Below, piece by piece: positions 27,772 through 38,198 of a stretch of DNA of 64,000 nucleotides; position 1 is the first letter of the stretch, and the number at the start of each line of letters is the position of its first letter. The stretch lies in the NCBI GenBank assembly GCA_965237905.1, contig OZ250172.1, positions 1,344,001 to 1,408,000 on the forward strand, given 5' to 3'. Under the pieces are notes generated by a model. It was not told where the DNA came from, ran no database searches, and saw nothing but the letters and a program-made list of their open reading frames with translations. The translations under genes were made by a program, and so were the position numbers. Source of the DNA: Nitrospinaceae bacterium (GTDB lineage: Bacteria; Nitrospinota; Nitrospinia; Nitrospinales; Nitrospinaceae).

Positions 27772-28869
27772 GTGAAAAAAGATGAAATGTGGCTGCTGAG
27801 AAATCTAGAGAGTCTTCTCATTCTGATCATTCTTATAAGCGTGATGCTTATAAATTTTTTCATTTATTCCAAGGTCGCTTTTCTCAATTTTTATTATCTA
27901 CCCGTCATCATTGGAGGTTATTACCTTGGAAGACGGCTGGCTGTGCTGGGAGCTTTTTTTACCATTCTTATGGTCTGGGTTTTTGTGCTGGCCAACCAGG
28001 AAATATATCTCTTCCACAGTACGAAGTTTGATCTTTATTTCAATCTTACCGTTTGGGGCTGTTTTCTCGTGATTACGGGCTGGGTGATCGGTTTTCTGGC
28101 AGAAAAGCTCAGGGAGGATCTCAACATCAGCAACAAGCTTCGGGTGGAATTAGAACGCAGTAACCAGGACTTGGAGGATTTTGCCTTCATTGCTTCACAT
28201 GACCTGCAGGAGCCCTTGCGCAAAATCCATGTTTTTGGAGATTTATTGAAACAATCTTCTGTCAAGCCGTTGGATCCAAAAAGTCAAAAACATATGGATC
28301 GTATGTTGGCTTCCACTCAACGTGCGCAAACTTACCTCAATGATTTGTTAAGCTACTCTCAAATCAGATCCAAATCGCGGCCCACTACTCCCGTAAATTT
28401 AAACGAACTCATTCAAGATATATTCCTTCACTTCAGTCTGGTCATCAACAAAACGAACGCTCAAGTGGAATCCGATACTTTGCCTACTGTGATCGCTGAT
28501 CAATATATGATGAGACAACTATTTCAAAACCTGATTGGAAATGCTTTGAAATTCGCCAAACCCGGACAATCTCCAAAGATCAAAATCTATAATCATTTCA
28601 ATAATAACGAATTCTTTGAAATTATTGTGCAGGATGAGGGCATTGGGTTTAATACCTCCTATTTGAATAACATGGTCAAACCCTTTAAGAAACTTCATGG
28701 GAAAGACCAATATGAGGGAGGCGGTATGGGCCTGACTATCTGTATGAAAGTTGTAAGGGTTCATGGGGGCCGGCTGACGGCAAACAGCAAACCCGGCGAA
28801 GGCTCTCAGTTCATCATCCATCTCCCCAGAAACCCCGATAAATCCCAACCCTCCATTTCAAATCCGTAA
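27772..28869 (+). CDS. Membrane sensor histidine kinase
   Basis: N-terminal TMs, LEDFAFIASHDLQEPLRKI H-box, QNLIGNALKF, DEGIGF, GGGMGL. Confidence 0.93.
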   Translation: MKKDEMWLLRNLESLLILIILISVMLINFFIYSKVAFLNFYYLPVIIGGYYLGRRLAVLGAFFTILMVWVFVLANQEIYLFHSTKFDLYFNLTVWGCFLVITGWVIGFLAEKLREDLNISNKLRVELERSNQDLEDFAFIASHDLQEPLRKIHVFGDLLKQSSVKPLDPKSQKHMDRMLASTQRAQTYLNDLLSYSQIRSKSRPTTPVNLNELIQDIFLHFSLVINKTNAQVESDTLPTVIADQYMMRQLFQNLIGNALKFAKPGQSPKIKIYNHFNNNEFFEIIVQDEGIGFNTSYLNNMVKPFKKLHGKDQYEGGGMGLTICMKVVRVHGGRLTANSKPGEGSQFIIHLPRNPDKSQPSISNP

Positions 28870-28945
28870 GCCCGAAAGAAGCCTCGGTCCCCTAACACGC
28901 CGGAGAAAAGTTCACTAATACTGATGGAAGGGGGCGGAGGAAGGT

Positions 28946-29458
28946 TTAGGGGCAGGCCGGATTGTTTCGACCCACTATATCAAAAGTACCGGTGTATAAA
29001 CCGACGGTCTGGCCAGCGGGGACTGAAATAGTCCCGCCAATCAACAGGATATCGTTACCCGCTGTTCCAGCAAAATTGCGGCAACGGTTATTCGCTGAAG
29101 TGGTTCCCGGGCTGGTACAGGTCAGCTGGGTCATGGTGATGTTGGTGCCCGGACCGGACAGAGGCCCGGTCGTAAGCCTGATCTGTCTTGCTTGAGACCC
29201 AAGACAGGAGTTTATCAAAACCTGTGCATTGTTGGCTCCGCCCAAGTGAGTGACGGTGCCGGTGACGCTGACGGTCCCGGTATTGGATATTGTGACGGTT
29301 CCGCCTGCCACCCCTGGATCGATCAAACCAAAGGCCAGGGGTTGGATCTCGGTAAACGTTGCGGGCCCGGGCATCGCCCTGGCGTCCGAGGGTGAAACGT
29401 TCAGCCCAGCGACTGCCAGAAAACCTATCAATAATTTCAGATAAATATTCTTATTCAT
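28946..29458 (-). CDS. DUF4402-like fimbrial subunit (minor/tip candidate)
   Basis: Signal peptide, PLAFG...GGTVTIS..G, LLIGGTISVPAGQTVGLYTGTFDI. Confidence 0.75.
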   Translation of the reverse strand: MNKNIYLKLLIGFLAVAGLNVSPSDARAMPGPATFTEIQPLAFGLIDPGVAGGTVTISNTGTVSVTGTVTHLGGANNAQVLINSCLGSQARQIRLTTGPLSGPGTNITMTQLTCTSPGTTSANNRCRNFAGTAGNDILLIGGTISVPAGQTVGLYTGTFDIVGRNNPACP

Positions 29459-29571
29459 ATTATGGTGTGTACTTCAAGGGCTGGATTGCTCAATGCCCTG
29501 CATAACCCGAGGCCACTAAAGGCCCTGGGATCAGCAGAGATTTCGCATAATAACATCAAAGAAGTTAAAGC

Positions 29572-30090
29572 TTAGAAGAATCCAGCAGTAACTTCAATGG
29601 TTCCCGTGTAAACACCAACAGCTTGGCTGGGACCCACAGTCAGTACGCCGCCAATCTGGACGTTCTCAACACCGCCGGCGGAAGTAAACGTACAACTGCC
29701 GTTATTAGTACCTAAAGCACCGCCCGGTCCCTGGCAGTTGCCTACGATATTCATGATGCCTGGTCCGGTCAGAGTGGTTCCCGTTACGAAAACTTGTACG
29801 TTATCGGCAGCTGCGGGACCGGTAGTAGAGGCTACGCCACCTACTTCACCACCCAGGAGTGTTATATCGGGATCGGCGGAAATCGTTCCACCCGCATTAA
29901 AGGTGACGTCCCCACCCACAACACCCACCGTGAATGAACCAAAGTTGAGAGGAGTGACCTCGGCAACCGTGACACTAGCGAGTACGGTAGCGCTGGTATT
30001 AATAGGGGTCGCGCTGGCATTATAAGCAAAACCAAATACAGCCAAAAAACTGAAAAGTGCAATTGACTTAAAGTTAAGTTTTCCAAACAT
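29572..30090 (-). CDS. DUF4402-like fimbrial subunit (major candidate)
   Basis: Signal peptide, SATVL..VTV.EVTPLNFG, one Cys pair, VQIGGVLTVGPSQAVGVYTGTIEVT, terminal aromatic residue. Confidence 0.78.
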   Translation of the reverse strand: MFGKLNFKSIALFSFLAVFGFAYNASATPINTSATVLASVTVAEVTPLNFGSFTVGVVGGDVTFNAGGTISADPDITLLGGEVGGVASTTGPAAADNVQVFVTGTTLTGPGIMNIVGNCQGPGGALGTNNGSCTFTSAGGVENVQIGGVLTVGPSQAVGVYTGTIEVTAGFF

Positions 30091-30208
30091 GATATTGTTC
30101 CTTTTTTCTTATATTAATAATATATTTCCTAACAAAACACATAAATAGAACATAGATTTTTCATCTATTTAGCGTAAGGGGCTTCCCCCTGTACACTCCA
30201 AAAAAATA

Positions 30209-32752
30209 TTAATTTTTAGCCACTTGATATACATCTTTCCATTTCACCCGGGCAACCGAGTGCTTGCGGTTGACTTCAACTTTTTGAAGTTGCTGCCGGG
30301 CTCGAACTTCATATATTTTGAAGCGGAGTTTTTCAAACAGGAAAAATCCATCAAATTCAGCATGAGTACTGGCAATGACTTTCCCATCTTCGATCAATTC
30401 AACCCGCTCACCCGGCTCGGCCTGGCCTTCGATTTCTCCTGTTTCCCATACGGGAATATTCATCGTGTTGATGTGGGTTGGGCGAGGCCGGACCGCCACC
30501 GCAGGATTAGAAACCATAAAAGGATCAGGGAGTGTATTCTCATCGATTTTAAGTCGAGCCAAACGGTAGGCCGGGCCCTTAAAAGCGATCATGCCATTTT
30601 TACCTGACTCCTCGGAGTGGTTTTTAAGCCGCACATTTTCAAGAAGCTCGTCTGTTTCGCTGTTGTACTTTCCATCCTGATCATGATCCAGAAATACGCG
30701 CACATTGACCGTCCCTATGTTGGTGCTCGGGTTTCGGCTCACCTGGTATCCCCCTGATGCATTCGGGCTCAATGAGAAGGTGACAGAAGCGATCACTTGA
30801 AAATCCCGCTCGGTGGAATAACTCCCGGTAACTCCCAACCCGATCTTTTTACCCTGCCACAGGAGGCTTTGGCTGATTACGTAATCCTTTTGACCGATCA
30901 AATTCTTTACGATGTTCAACCTTAAAGTCATATCATCAACAGGCCGGTAATCCAACGTACCCCGAACCGTCCTGATTTCAGCCTCGGGATGAACCTCATA
31001 GTTCAAACTGGTGCGTAACAGCAGTTTCGGGTGGATCCGCCCGTTGACCAGAAGATTTCCGCGCGTAAACTCATTTCCTCCGCCGAAGTTTGCCTCCATA
31101 TCATGGGTCAGCGAAACCGGGCCGACACTGCCGGACATTTTTCCGCTGTATTTGTAACGGGTCACATCAAAGGTGTCGACCTTCTGTTCAGCGGCAAGCC
31201 CCAGAAAAATACTATCAAATCCTCTATTGAGCCTAAGGGTTCTGCGTCTTTTAAGATTTGGCTCACGATCGGTTTTGAGATCGAAAAATTCCACATGGTT
31301 GTATTGCACCCCCCAACCCTGAATACGGCTCAAAAACGAAGATTGAATTCCATACCCATCATTATCATCTGCCAGAAAATCCATTTTCAGGGAACTGCCA
31401 AAATATGATGTCTGAAAACCGACTTTCCCCAGGGTCTTTCTTTCCAGGGTGCTTGACATAAACGAAGTGACCGAGCTGGTAAGGGTCAGCCTTTTAGACA
31501 ATCCGTAAAACACTTCTCCGAATCCCCGGATTCCCTCAATATGAGCCCGCGTTTGACTGTTGCGTCCTAAAAAAATATTCTCTCCCTGCTCAATAACACT
31601 GAAGCGGGACCACAATTTTCCCTCGGGGGCCATACCTCTGCCAATATTCACGAGCTGGGATTCCTGACGGACCTGACCCTGCGGACCATAAAATTTAAGA
31701 ATGATATTGTTCTCACCAAACAGGAGCGGTATATCTCGAAATATAAACCGGCCACTGCCATCACTTTTTCTGAAATCCAAAAGGGTATTTCCTCTATACA
31801 GTTCCACCTCCCAACCGTCCAGCAGATCTCCTGTGATCGTGTCCGTATCAAATTGGGTTGCATTCTCTATAGGGAACGTTGAGAAATTGATTCCCCGGCC
31901 CGCGTCCGCCTGCGCCACCAATTCTATCGGAGGAGCAAAGACATCCCCCAACCGGACAAACCAGTCGGAATTTAACCGCTCCCATGTAAGGCGCAGGTCT
32001 GTCAATTCATCGCCGTCAAGCCCCCGGCCGAAAACAGTGGCCGTTCCGTACAAGGCCTCCATTCCCCCTTTGAAACTGTAATTGAAATTCTCATGGCCAT
32101 TTTTCAAATACCTGGCTGAAATATCAAACGACGGCGGACCCAGCAAACCATACTCAAAATTCACAATAGGGGTATCTTCCGTGATTGTGTTGTAGGCCAG
32201 CATTTTTTGGAGGCGTTCCCGCTCCCATTTTTTCTCAATGGGTAATTTCCCCTGCCCTTTGATGAAGAGAGCCTGAAGGTTTTGGGAATAAGTGAATTTT
32301 GCCGGGAAAGCTTTTTCAAGTGCCTCCGACGTGGCAGTCGAGTTTGCGTCTTCCGAAGGCACAGCCTCGACCAGTAAGGCAATCTCATTCAATTTGAAAT
32401 GAACCGACCCACCTTTTTCTTTCGCTTCAATGACTTCAGTCAATAATTGGGAATTGAGATAAACCGCAAGATACAGGGATTCCTCAGCATCTTTACTGGA
32501 TAACGGCTGTTTCTCCCGGGGAGATGGGACCGATGGAGGTCTGGCCAAGTCATCCGGGTTGGAGTAAGCTTTACCGGCATTATCAAGGTCCTCAATGACC
32601 ATAGTGGGATAACCCGACATCTCATGTCCGATTTCCGCATAGCTAATATCAAAAAAGCCATTCAAAAAAACTATAAGGCCTAAATGAATCACTACGGTGC
32701 AGACTCGCCCTGAAAACGACCCGTTCCTATAATTTTTGCTACGATCTAACAA
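30209..32752 (-). CDS. Usher-like outer-membrane protein
   Basis: GWEVELYRGNTLL...DGSGRFIFRDIPLLFGEN.I.LKFYGPQGQ plug-like motif, long amphipathic beta region, VFLDHDQDGKY and DGFFLFE C-terminal Ig-like domains. Start uncertain. Confidence 0.72.
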   Translation of the reverse strand: MLDRSKNYRNGSFSGRVCTVVIHLGLIVFLNGFFDISYAEIGHEMSGYPTMVIEDLDNAGKAYSNPDDLARPPSVPSPREKQPLSSKDAEESLYLAVYLNSQLLTEVIEAKEKGGSVHFKLNEIALLVEAVPSEDANSTATSEALEKAFPAKFTYSQNLQALFIKGQGKLPIEKKWERERLQKMLAYNTITEDTPIVNFEYGLLGPPSFDISARYLKNGHENFNYSFKGGMEALYGTATVFGRGLDGDELTDLRLTWERLNSDWFVRLGDVFAPPIELVAQADAGRGINFSTFPIENATQFDTDTITGDLLDGWEVELYRGNTLLDFRKSDGSGRFIFRDIPLLFGENNIILKFYGPQGQVRQESQLVNIGRGMAPEGKLWSRFSVIEQGENIFLGRNSQTRAHIEGIRGFGEVFYGLSKRLTLTSSVTSFMSSTLERKTLGKVGFQTSYFGSSLKMDFLADDNDGYGIQSSFLSRIQGWGVQYNHVEFFDLKTDREPNLKRRRTLRLNRGFDSIFLGLAAEQKVDTFDVTRYKYSGKMSGSVGPVSLTHDMEANFGGGNEFTRGNLLVNGRIHPKLLLRTSLNYEVHPEAEIRTVRGTLDYRPVDDMTLRLNIVKNLIGQKDYVISQSLLWQGKKIGLGVTGSYSTERDFQVIASVTFSLSPNASGGYQVSRNPSTNIGTVNVRVFLDHDQDGKYNSETDELLENVRLKNHSEESGKNGMIAFKGPAYRLARLKIDENTLPDPFMVSNPAVAVRPRPTHINTMNIPVWETGEIEGQAEPGERVELIEDGKVIASTHAEFDGFFLFEKLRFKIYEVRARQQLQKVEVNRKHSVARVKWKDVYQVAKN

Positions 32753-32788
32753 AGTAATGCCCCAGTTAAAAAAGTGTTTCTATAAGAA

Positions 32789-32804
32789 TGCAAGACCTAG
32801 ACCA
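32789..32804 (-). promoter_or_regulatory. Putative sigma54 promoter upstream of the usher-like gene
   Basis: Minus strand TGGTCTAGGTCTTGCA (GG-N10-GC). Confidence 0.45.
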
Positions 32805-33215
32805 AAAAGGTGATATATGTTTCTAACGGGGTATTCCGAAAAAATAGGGGTAATCTATCCTTTTTATTTGGCATTCCGAAAAAAAATGGGGCTAAAAAGA
32901 CTGTTTTTGCAACAGTGTGAATGTAAAGATTTCATTTTTGAAAACAAATGTCCCAATTCCGGTACAGTCCATTCCAAATTTTTAGAAAGAATGGCCGATG
33001 AAATTTTTTTAGCAGGATCTGTTCAAAAATTTTGGAGGAAACGGTAGACAGATTCTTTATAAAGAGGGGAAATTCAAGGAATATAATTTATTCGTATAAG
33101 GAACTGAGGGCGGGATCTGTATGGAAAAACAGAAGTCCTTTAACAAAATCTAAAACAACAAAACAGACAAATGTTGGCGTTGAAAATTGCCGGACGAACA
33201 GAGGAAGGAGGTATA

Positions 33216-33770
33216 TCAGGGATTGTGCTTGATGATGATGGGAATGGATACCCCATAGACAATATCCAGGTTGATCTTGATTTTATCCGTAGGCCCTTCT
33301 GCTTTACGAGCCGGAGGAATGGCTTGAATCAATAGACGCGCCGTGTATTCGCCGGGAGCCAAATCGATGGGTTTGCGGGCAACGATTCTGACGGTCTGGT
33401 GTTCTCCCGGCCCTAACCTGACTCTTCTGGGACTGAACCGCACCCAGGCTTTTGCATTTTCGCCCTTATCTTTTTCAAGTAAAGGCGCAAGTGAAATACG
33501 ATAATCAACAGGTATAGGATCCCTGTTCAGTATTTTAATCGTCCCCGAACGTATGCGGCCTTCAAATTCCAGTCTGACCGGAGCCACCAAAAGCCCTTTG
33601 CCTATGGCCTTTGTGTCACCCACTGCGGTCTGCCGGTCACCCAAAGCAGAAGATAAAAATGGCGACACCAGAAATCCCGGCTGAATCACAAGCAAAAAAA
33701 ACATCAGCGTTATGGCGGATTTGAGGGAACAACTCTTGCTGAATAAGTATTTTCTAAAAGAGGGCTTCAT
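33216..33770 (-). CDS. PapD-like pilus chaperone (single domain)
   Basis: LLVAPVRLEFEGR..S, VRFSPRRV.L.PGEHQTVRI, GEY.ARLL, YGVSIPIII. Confidence 0.82.
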   Translation of the reverse strand: MKPSFRKYLFSKSCSLKSAITLMFFLLVIQPGFLVSPFLSSALGDRQTAVGDTKAIGKGLLVAPVRLEFEGRIRSGTIKILNRDPIPVDYRISLAPLLEKDKGENAKAWVRFSPRRVRLGPGEHQTVRIVARKPIDLAPGEYTARLLIQAIPPARKAEGPTDKIKINLDIVYGVSIPIIIKHNP

Positions 33771-33999
33771 AGCGTGAATGATTAAAAATTTATGGAAAAA
33801 ACAGTTTGAAATCTAAACCAGCTACCTTCAACTGTAAGTCAACAAATAATAGAAAGCAACCGATTGTTACGCTTCCTCTCGAAAACGGAGCATGCTTTCG
33901 GTTTTCCTGCTTATTTTCACGCAAGGGACATGCCGATCGATCCGGCATACAATTCATATCGGATTCGGCGGCTATCTATTTTTAAAAATCCGGAATGTT

Positions 34000-36900
34000 T
34001 TAGCGACGGAGGGTGTACTCGCGGTTGGCAGGAATGGGATGCTCGATAAGCGTCTTGGTGCCGTCGGACCAACGAACCTCCACCTTTTGGATTTTAGTGT
34101 TCGCGCCCAACCCAAAATGCGCCAACGGCGCATCGAACGAACGGTACCCGCCACTGGCTTTGATCTCCCGCACCTGGTGCCGCTTACCCTCCGGCCCGTA
34201 ATGGATAATCACGCGGCACCCGATGCAGAACCGGTTGCCTCCGCCATCCTGCAATTTGAAAACCACACTGCTGTTGCGGGTCTCGTTGTTGCGATACACC
34301 TTGAACGGACCGTACTGGGTATTGGCAATGATATCCAGATCGCCGTCGTTGTCGATATCAATATACGTGTAAGCGGAGCTGTGATCCAAATCCTCCAGAC
34401 CAAATTCCTTCTCCGCCGCCTGAAACGTCCTCCCCTGCTGATTATGGAAGAAATTGTTGGTGGCGAACTCCTGGGTGATCAATACGCCGTTGACCACATA
34501 CAAGTCCTGCCACTCGTCGTTGTCCAGATCGGCAAAGCGCGCATTCCAACTCCATTCCGCCGTCTCCACATGGGCGTCCTTGGACACATCCTGAAAACGA
34601 GTGTCCGGCATGCCCTGCAATAGTATATTCGACATCGACCGCAAAGGAATCTCGTCGCGGGTGTCCGGATGCACCGCCTCCGGAATAAAATATTGTTCGC
34701 ACAATTTCTTCGGCATCACGTGACTCGGAGCAATCTTCTCGCACAAACCGGGGTCCTCGCGGTGGGCGGCGAACAGAGCCAGCCGTGTCACCATGCAAGA
34801 ACCAATCGATTGCGGATCCGTTAAAGAACTGCATCGCTCGGCTGGATCCTGCTTTTGGGGATTCAATAGAGTCACCACCTTCACTAGGTCGCGGCACTCG
34901 GCTTGCTTCAACACCATGCCTTCGGCACTGCAGAAATTCTGTCCCGCCTCCTGCATGACACTTCCAAAAATATTGAAAATCACATCGATGCCTTTGCTCA
35001 TCCCGATGTTGGCCAGATACAAATCCAGTTGCAGATCGTTATTAAAATCGGCCGTATCCATACTCATCGTATTTTCTGTGGTGATCGGAACAATGCTGTC
35101 TTGCTTCCTGATTTTCTGAAAGGCATCCTTGCCCCTGCCGAAATAGTAGCTGTCTGCAACCTGATAATCGTTGCCGATCATCAAATCCAGACTGCCGTCA
35201 TCGTTGAAATCGGAAAACAACACGGTATGGGTCTGTCCCGGCACGCCTTCCAGATCGCTGAGGGTAAATTTCAAATCACGGTTGATCACCAGTTGGTCGA
35301 CCGACGTATCAATCGGTTTCCGCGTCAGCACTCCCAGAAAATAATTACCGTTGACGATATCCAGAAATCCGTCGCGGTTGACATCCCCAAACGCCGGGGC
35401 GGTGGTGACCAGGGCTTTATGATTGGGTATTTTCAAAACAGGGCGCTTGCCTTTTGGACCCAACGGATTCAGCCATAAAAAGTTTCCCGCGTCGAATGCC
35501 GTCAGAAAAATATCGAGCCAACCATCGTTATCCATATCCACAAAAGCCACACTGATACCCTGCTTGCCGGAAAATTCTTTCGGAATCCCACCTAGCCGTT
35601 TAAAATTTTTTCCGTTGACGTTCTGGTACAGTTCGAACCCGTTTTCGGTGGCCACCACCACATCCACCCAACCGTCTTGATTGAAATCTCCCGAAGCGAT
35701 ACCGCGTCCGAAGAAAAGAGGATCGTAAAAAATTTCCGGAGTCAGCCGGTTGGAATAAGTGATCCCCCAGTCGGGACCCAGCTTTTTGGAAAAAGGCGCA
35801 CCGCCGCGGTTTCTCTTTTGAAAAGACGTGACACGAACCTCGACATCATCGATCTTCAAAAAGGGTTTGGAAACACGGGCGCGCGTCGGGTCAATGGCCA
35901 TAGGTGCGTCCGCATCCGGCGGGGAAACCTGGCTACTGGAGGTTGCCTCCGGCTCATCGGCGATAAACGCGTCGTATTGTTCCAGCCATCGGATGTGCTT
36001 GTGGTCAGAATACGCCTGCGCCGAATAGCCCAAACCGATACCGAGCACCACGATAATGGCATACAACTGCAGAGCCACTTTCAGCGAAAACGTGCGGTAC
36101 ACAATCAACGCACTGTAGATACTGAATGTTCCCAGCGTGAACAACAATGTCATCACCAACCCGTCCGCCAGGCGCGACATCATCAACGCCTGCGTCAGTA
36201 TTAGATCGAATGCAATGGGAAGCGGCAGAAACGTTCCTATGAATGAGATGACCGCATACCCTTTCCAATTGGGCTCCATGCCGATGAACTTGTCAAAACT
36301 CCACAGATGTACCACCAGTGCGCCCAGGAACCCGGCTAACAGCATCAGTGGAAAGGTGCGGATAAAAATGTACGAAAAACTTTTCCAGTAATCCCGCACC
36401 GCACTTTTAAAAGCGTTACCCCAGGAACCCGCATCGAGTACCACCTCGCTCATTGCTTTCGCTCCCGCCGTGGCGGCCTGCTTCGCCCGGTTCAGATCTT
36501 TCTTGGAGATGAACGGAACGATCAATAATACCAGCACAAACGTCGCGCCCAGTTTCAGCATCGCCATGTGAAACGGAAAAATAGAAAACAGCATGGTGAG
36601 CACGACAATATTCAACGTCGGCGAACTGAACATCACCGCCAGCGCGGTTTCCATCTTGCTCCCCGCCTCATAGAGACCCTTGGCGATGGGGGCGACGCAG
36701 TTGACGCATACGCCCAGCGGCGTGCCGACCAACATGCCCATCAAACTGTTTTTGAAACGTCGATCCGAGGTTTGCTTAGGGAGATACGACAGCAGGGTCA
36801 AAAATGCGCCCGCGAGAATCAGGCCGAACACCATCCCCCGCCAGTTGGTCTCGTACCAGTTGAGTGTCGTATAGAAAACGCGGGTATGAAGGGGGGCCTT

Positions 36901-37068
36901 ATCCGGCGCGTGGAAATGCGCCTGGTGGGTCATCGGATCGTCAAACGCACCGGCACCCGACATCGCCGCCTTCTCGCCCAACGCCGGGTAACGCGACACG
37001 AACCAGAAGCACGTCACCACAGCCACGATAAACGCCACCAGAATAACAACCCGCTTGTTTTTAAACAT
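34000..37068 (-). CDS. Fusion of a DUF318/ArsP-type permease with FG-GAP repeats and an ASPIC/UnbV (CRTAC1-like) domain
   Basis: TM region with GTPLGVCVNCVAP and FSSPTLN, multiple DFN.DG..D repeats, GGYRSFDAPLAHFGLG...VEVRWSDG. Confidence 0.82.
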   Translation of the reverse strand: MFKNKRVVILVAFIVAVVTCFWFVSRYPALGEKAAMSGAGAFDDPMTHQAHFHAPDKAPLHTRVFYTTLNWYETNWRGMVFGLILAGAFLTLLSYLPKQTSDRRFKNSLMGMLVGTPLGVCVNCVAPIAKGLYEAGSKMETALAVMFSSPTLNIVVLTMLFSIFPFHMAMLKLGATFVLVLLIVPFISKKDLNRAKQAATAGAKAMSEVVLDAGSWGNAFKSAVRDYWKSFSYIFIRTFPLMLLAGFLGALVVHLWSFDKFIGMEPNWKGYAVISFIGTFLPLPIAFDLILTQALMMSRLADGLVMTLLFTLGTFSIYSALIVYRTFSLKVALQLYAIIVVLGIGLGYSAQAYSDHKHIRWLEQYDAFIADEPEATSSSQVSPPDADAPMAIDPTRARVSKPFLKIDDVEVRVTSFQKRNRGGAPFSKKLGPDWGITYSNRLTPEIFYDPLFFGRGIASGDFNQDGWVDVVVATENGFELYQNVNGKNFKRLGGIPKEFSGKQGISVAFVDMDNDGWLDIFLTAFDAGNFLWLNPLGPKGKRPVLKIPNHKALVTTAPAFGDVNRDGFLDIVNGNYFLGVLTRKPIDTSVDQLVINRDLKFTLSDLEGVPGQTHTVLFSDFNDDGSLDLMIGNDYQVADSYYFGRGKDAFQKIRKQDSIVPITTENTMSMDTADFNNDLQLDLYLANIGMSKGIDVIFNIFGSVMQEAGQNFCSAEGMVLKQAECRDLVKVVTLLNPQKQDPAERCSSLTDPQSIGSCMVTRLALFAAHREDPGLCEKIAPSHVMPKKLCEQYFIPEAVHPDTRDEIPLRSMSNILLQGMPDTRFQDVSKDAHVETAEWSWNARFADLDNDEWQDLYVVNGVLITQEFATNNFFHNQQGRTFQAAEKEFGLEDLDHSSAYTYIDIDNDGDLDIIANTQYGPFKVYRNNETRNSSVVFKLQDGGGNRFCIGCRVIIHYGPEGKRHQVREIKASGGYRSFDAPLAHFGLGANTKIQKVEVRWSDGTKTLIEHPIPANREYTLRR

Positions 37069-37157
37069 TCAAACGCCTCCACTACCGGTCATGAGTCGCA
37101 CAGTTCAGGAAAGAGGCGATTGTACCAAACCAGAGGTCAATTCAAAAGCTTCCCATA

Positions 37158-37853
37158 CTAAAGCGTTATGATATATCCGAACGCGAACAGATGAAACACT
37201 CGGCTAATATCAACTTTACGCCGACTGACCGGACGAGTTACGGGATCTATTATAATTTTGTCTACGACGATTACGACACGTCTCAACTGGGATTGCAGAA
37301 CAGCCAGCGGCATGACGTCACCTTCGACTGGACCTATACGCCTTCGGATGCCACAACCCTTAATGTCTATTACACCTATGAAAATATCGTCACGGAACAA
37401 CTCAACCGGGACAGCTTAGGAACATTATCAACCGATCCCGCTCGTAACTGGATCGCCAATCATGACAACGACGCACATACGGTCGGTGCCGGGGTCTCTC
37501 ATCAGTATGCTGAAGGCCAGGTGAAGCTGAGCGCGGACTACTGGTTTTCCGACAGTGCGGAAGAGATTACCTTTACGACAGGAGGGTTCGTCATCCCTGA
37601 AGACATGCCCAAGCTGAAAACCCGCAACCACAACGCGCGCTTGACGGGGCGGTACCGATGGAGCCCCAACGTGGATGTCAGCCTGAGCTACCTGTATCAG
37701 AGATTTGAGATCGACGATTTTGCTACCGACGGCTTCAGCCCCGGCTCCGCACTTATTCCCGAAGTGCTGACCCTGTTCGGCACCCTGCCGAACTTCGACG
37801 CCCACACCGTGATGGCCTACTTCACCTACCGAATCGGGACCACTAAAAAGTAA
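37158..37853 (+). pseudogene. 5'-truncated MtrB/PioB-family outer-membrane beta-barrel
   Basis: In-frame KRYDISEREQ upstream of the ORF, and C-terminus YLYQRFEIDDFA...LTLFGTLPNFDAHTVMAYFTYR. Only about 230 codons. Confidence 0.68.
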
Positions 37854-37856
37854 GGT

Positions 37857-38198
37857 TTATTTATGATGACACTGCTTGCAGTTCGTACTGGCGGAGAAGG
37901 CCTGTTTGCCGTTGTGACAGGACCCGCAATATTTTCCCTTGCGGAGGGCTTTCATGGTCAGGGCGTTATTCACGTCGGTACTGCCCGCTTTTTTCTGGAA
38001 CAGGGAATCATGGCAGTCGCTACAACCCACTCCCGCGCTTTTATGGGTATCATGATTGAACGGCACGGGAGCGAAGCTTTTGGTATCCTTGAACACGATT
38101 TTCCCGGGCCCGTCATCCGCCTGAATCGGCGTCCCATTCCACAACAAGCCGACGGCCACGAGGACCGTCAAACTGAAAACCCACATTTCAATTTTCAT
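37857..38198 (-). CDS. c7-type triheme cytochrome c
   Basis: Signal peptide, VPFNHDTH, CSDCH, CGSCH, CKQCH. Confidence 0.9.
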   Translation of the reverse strand: MKIEMWVFSLTVLVAVGLLWNGTPIQADDGPGKIVFKDTKSFAPVPFNHDTHKSAGVGCSDCHDSLFQKKAGSTDVNNALTMKALRKGKYCGSCHNGKQAFSASTNCKQCHHK

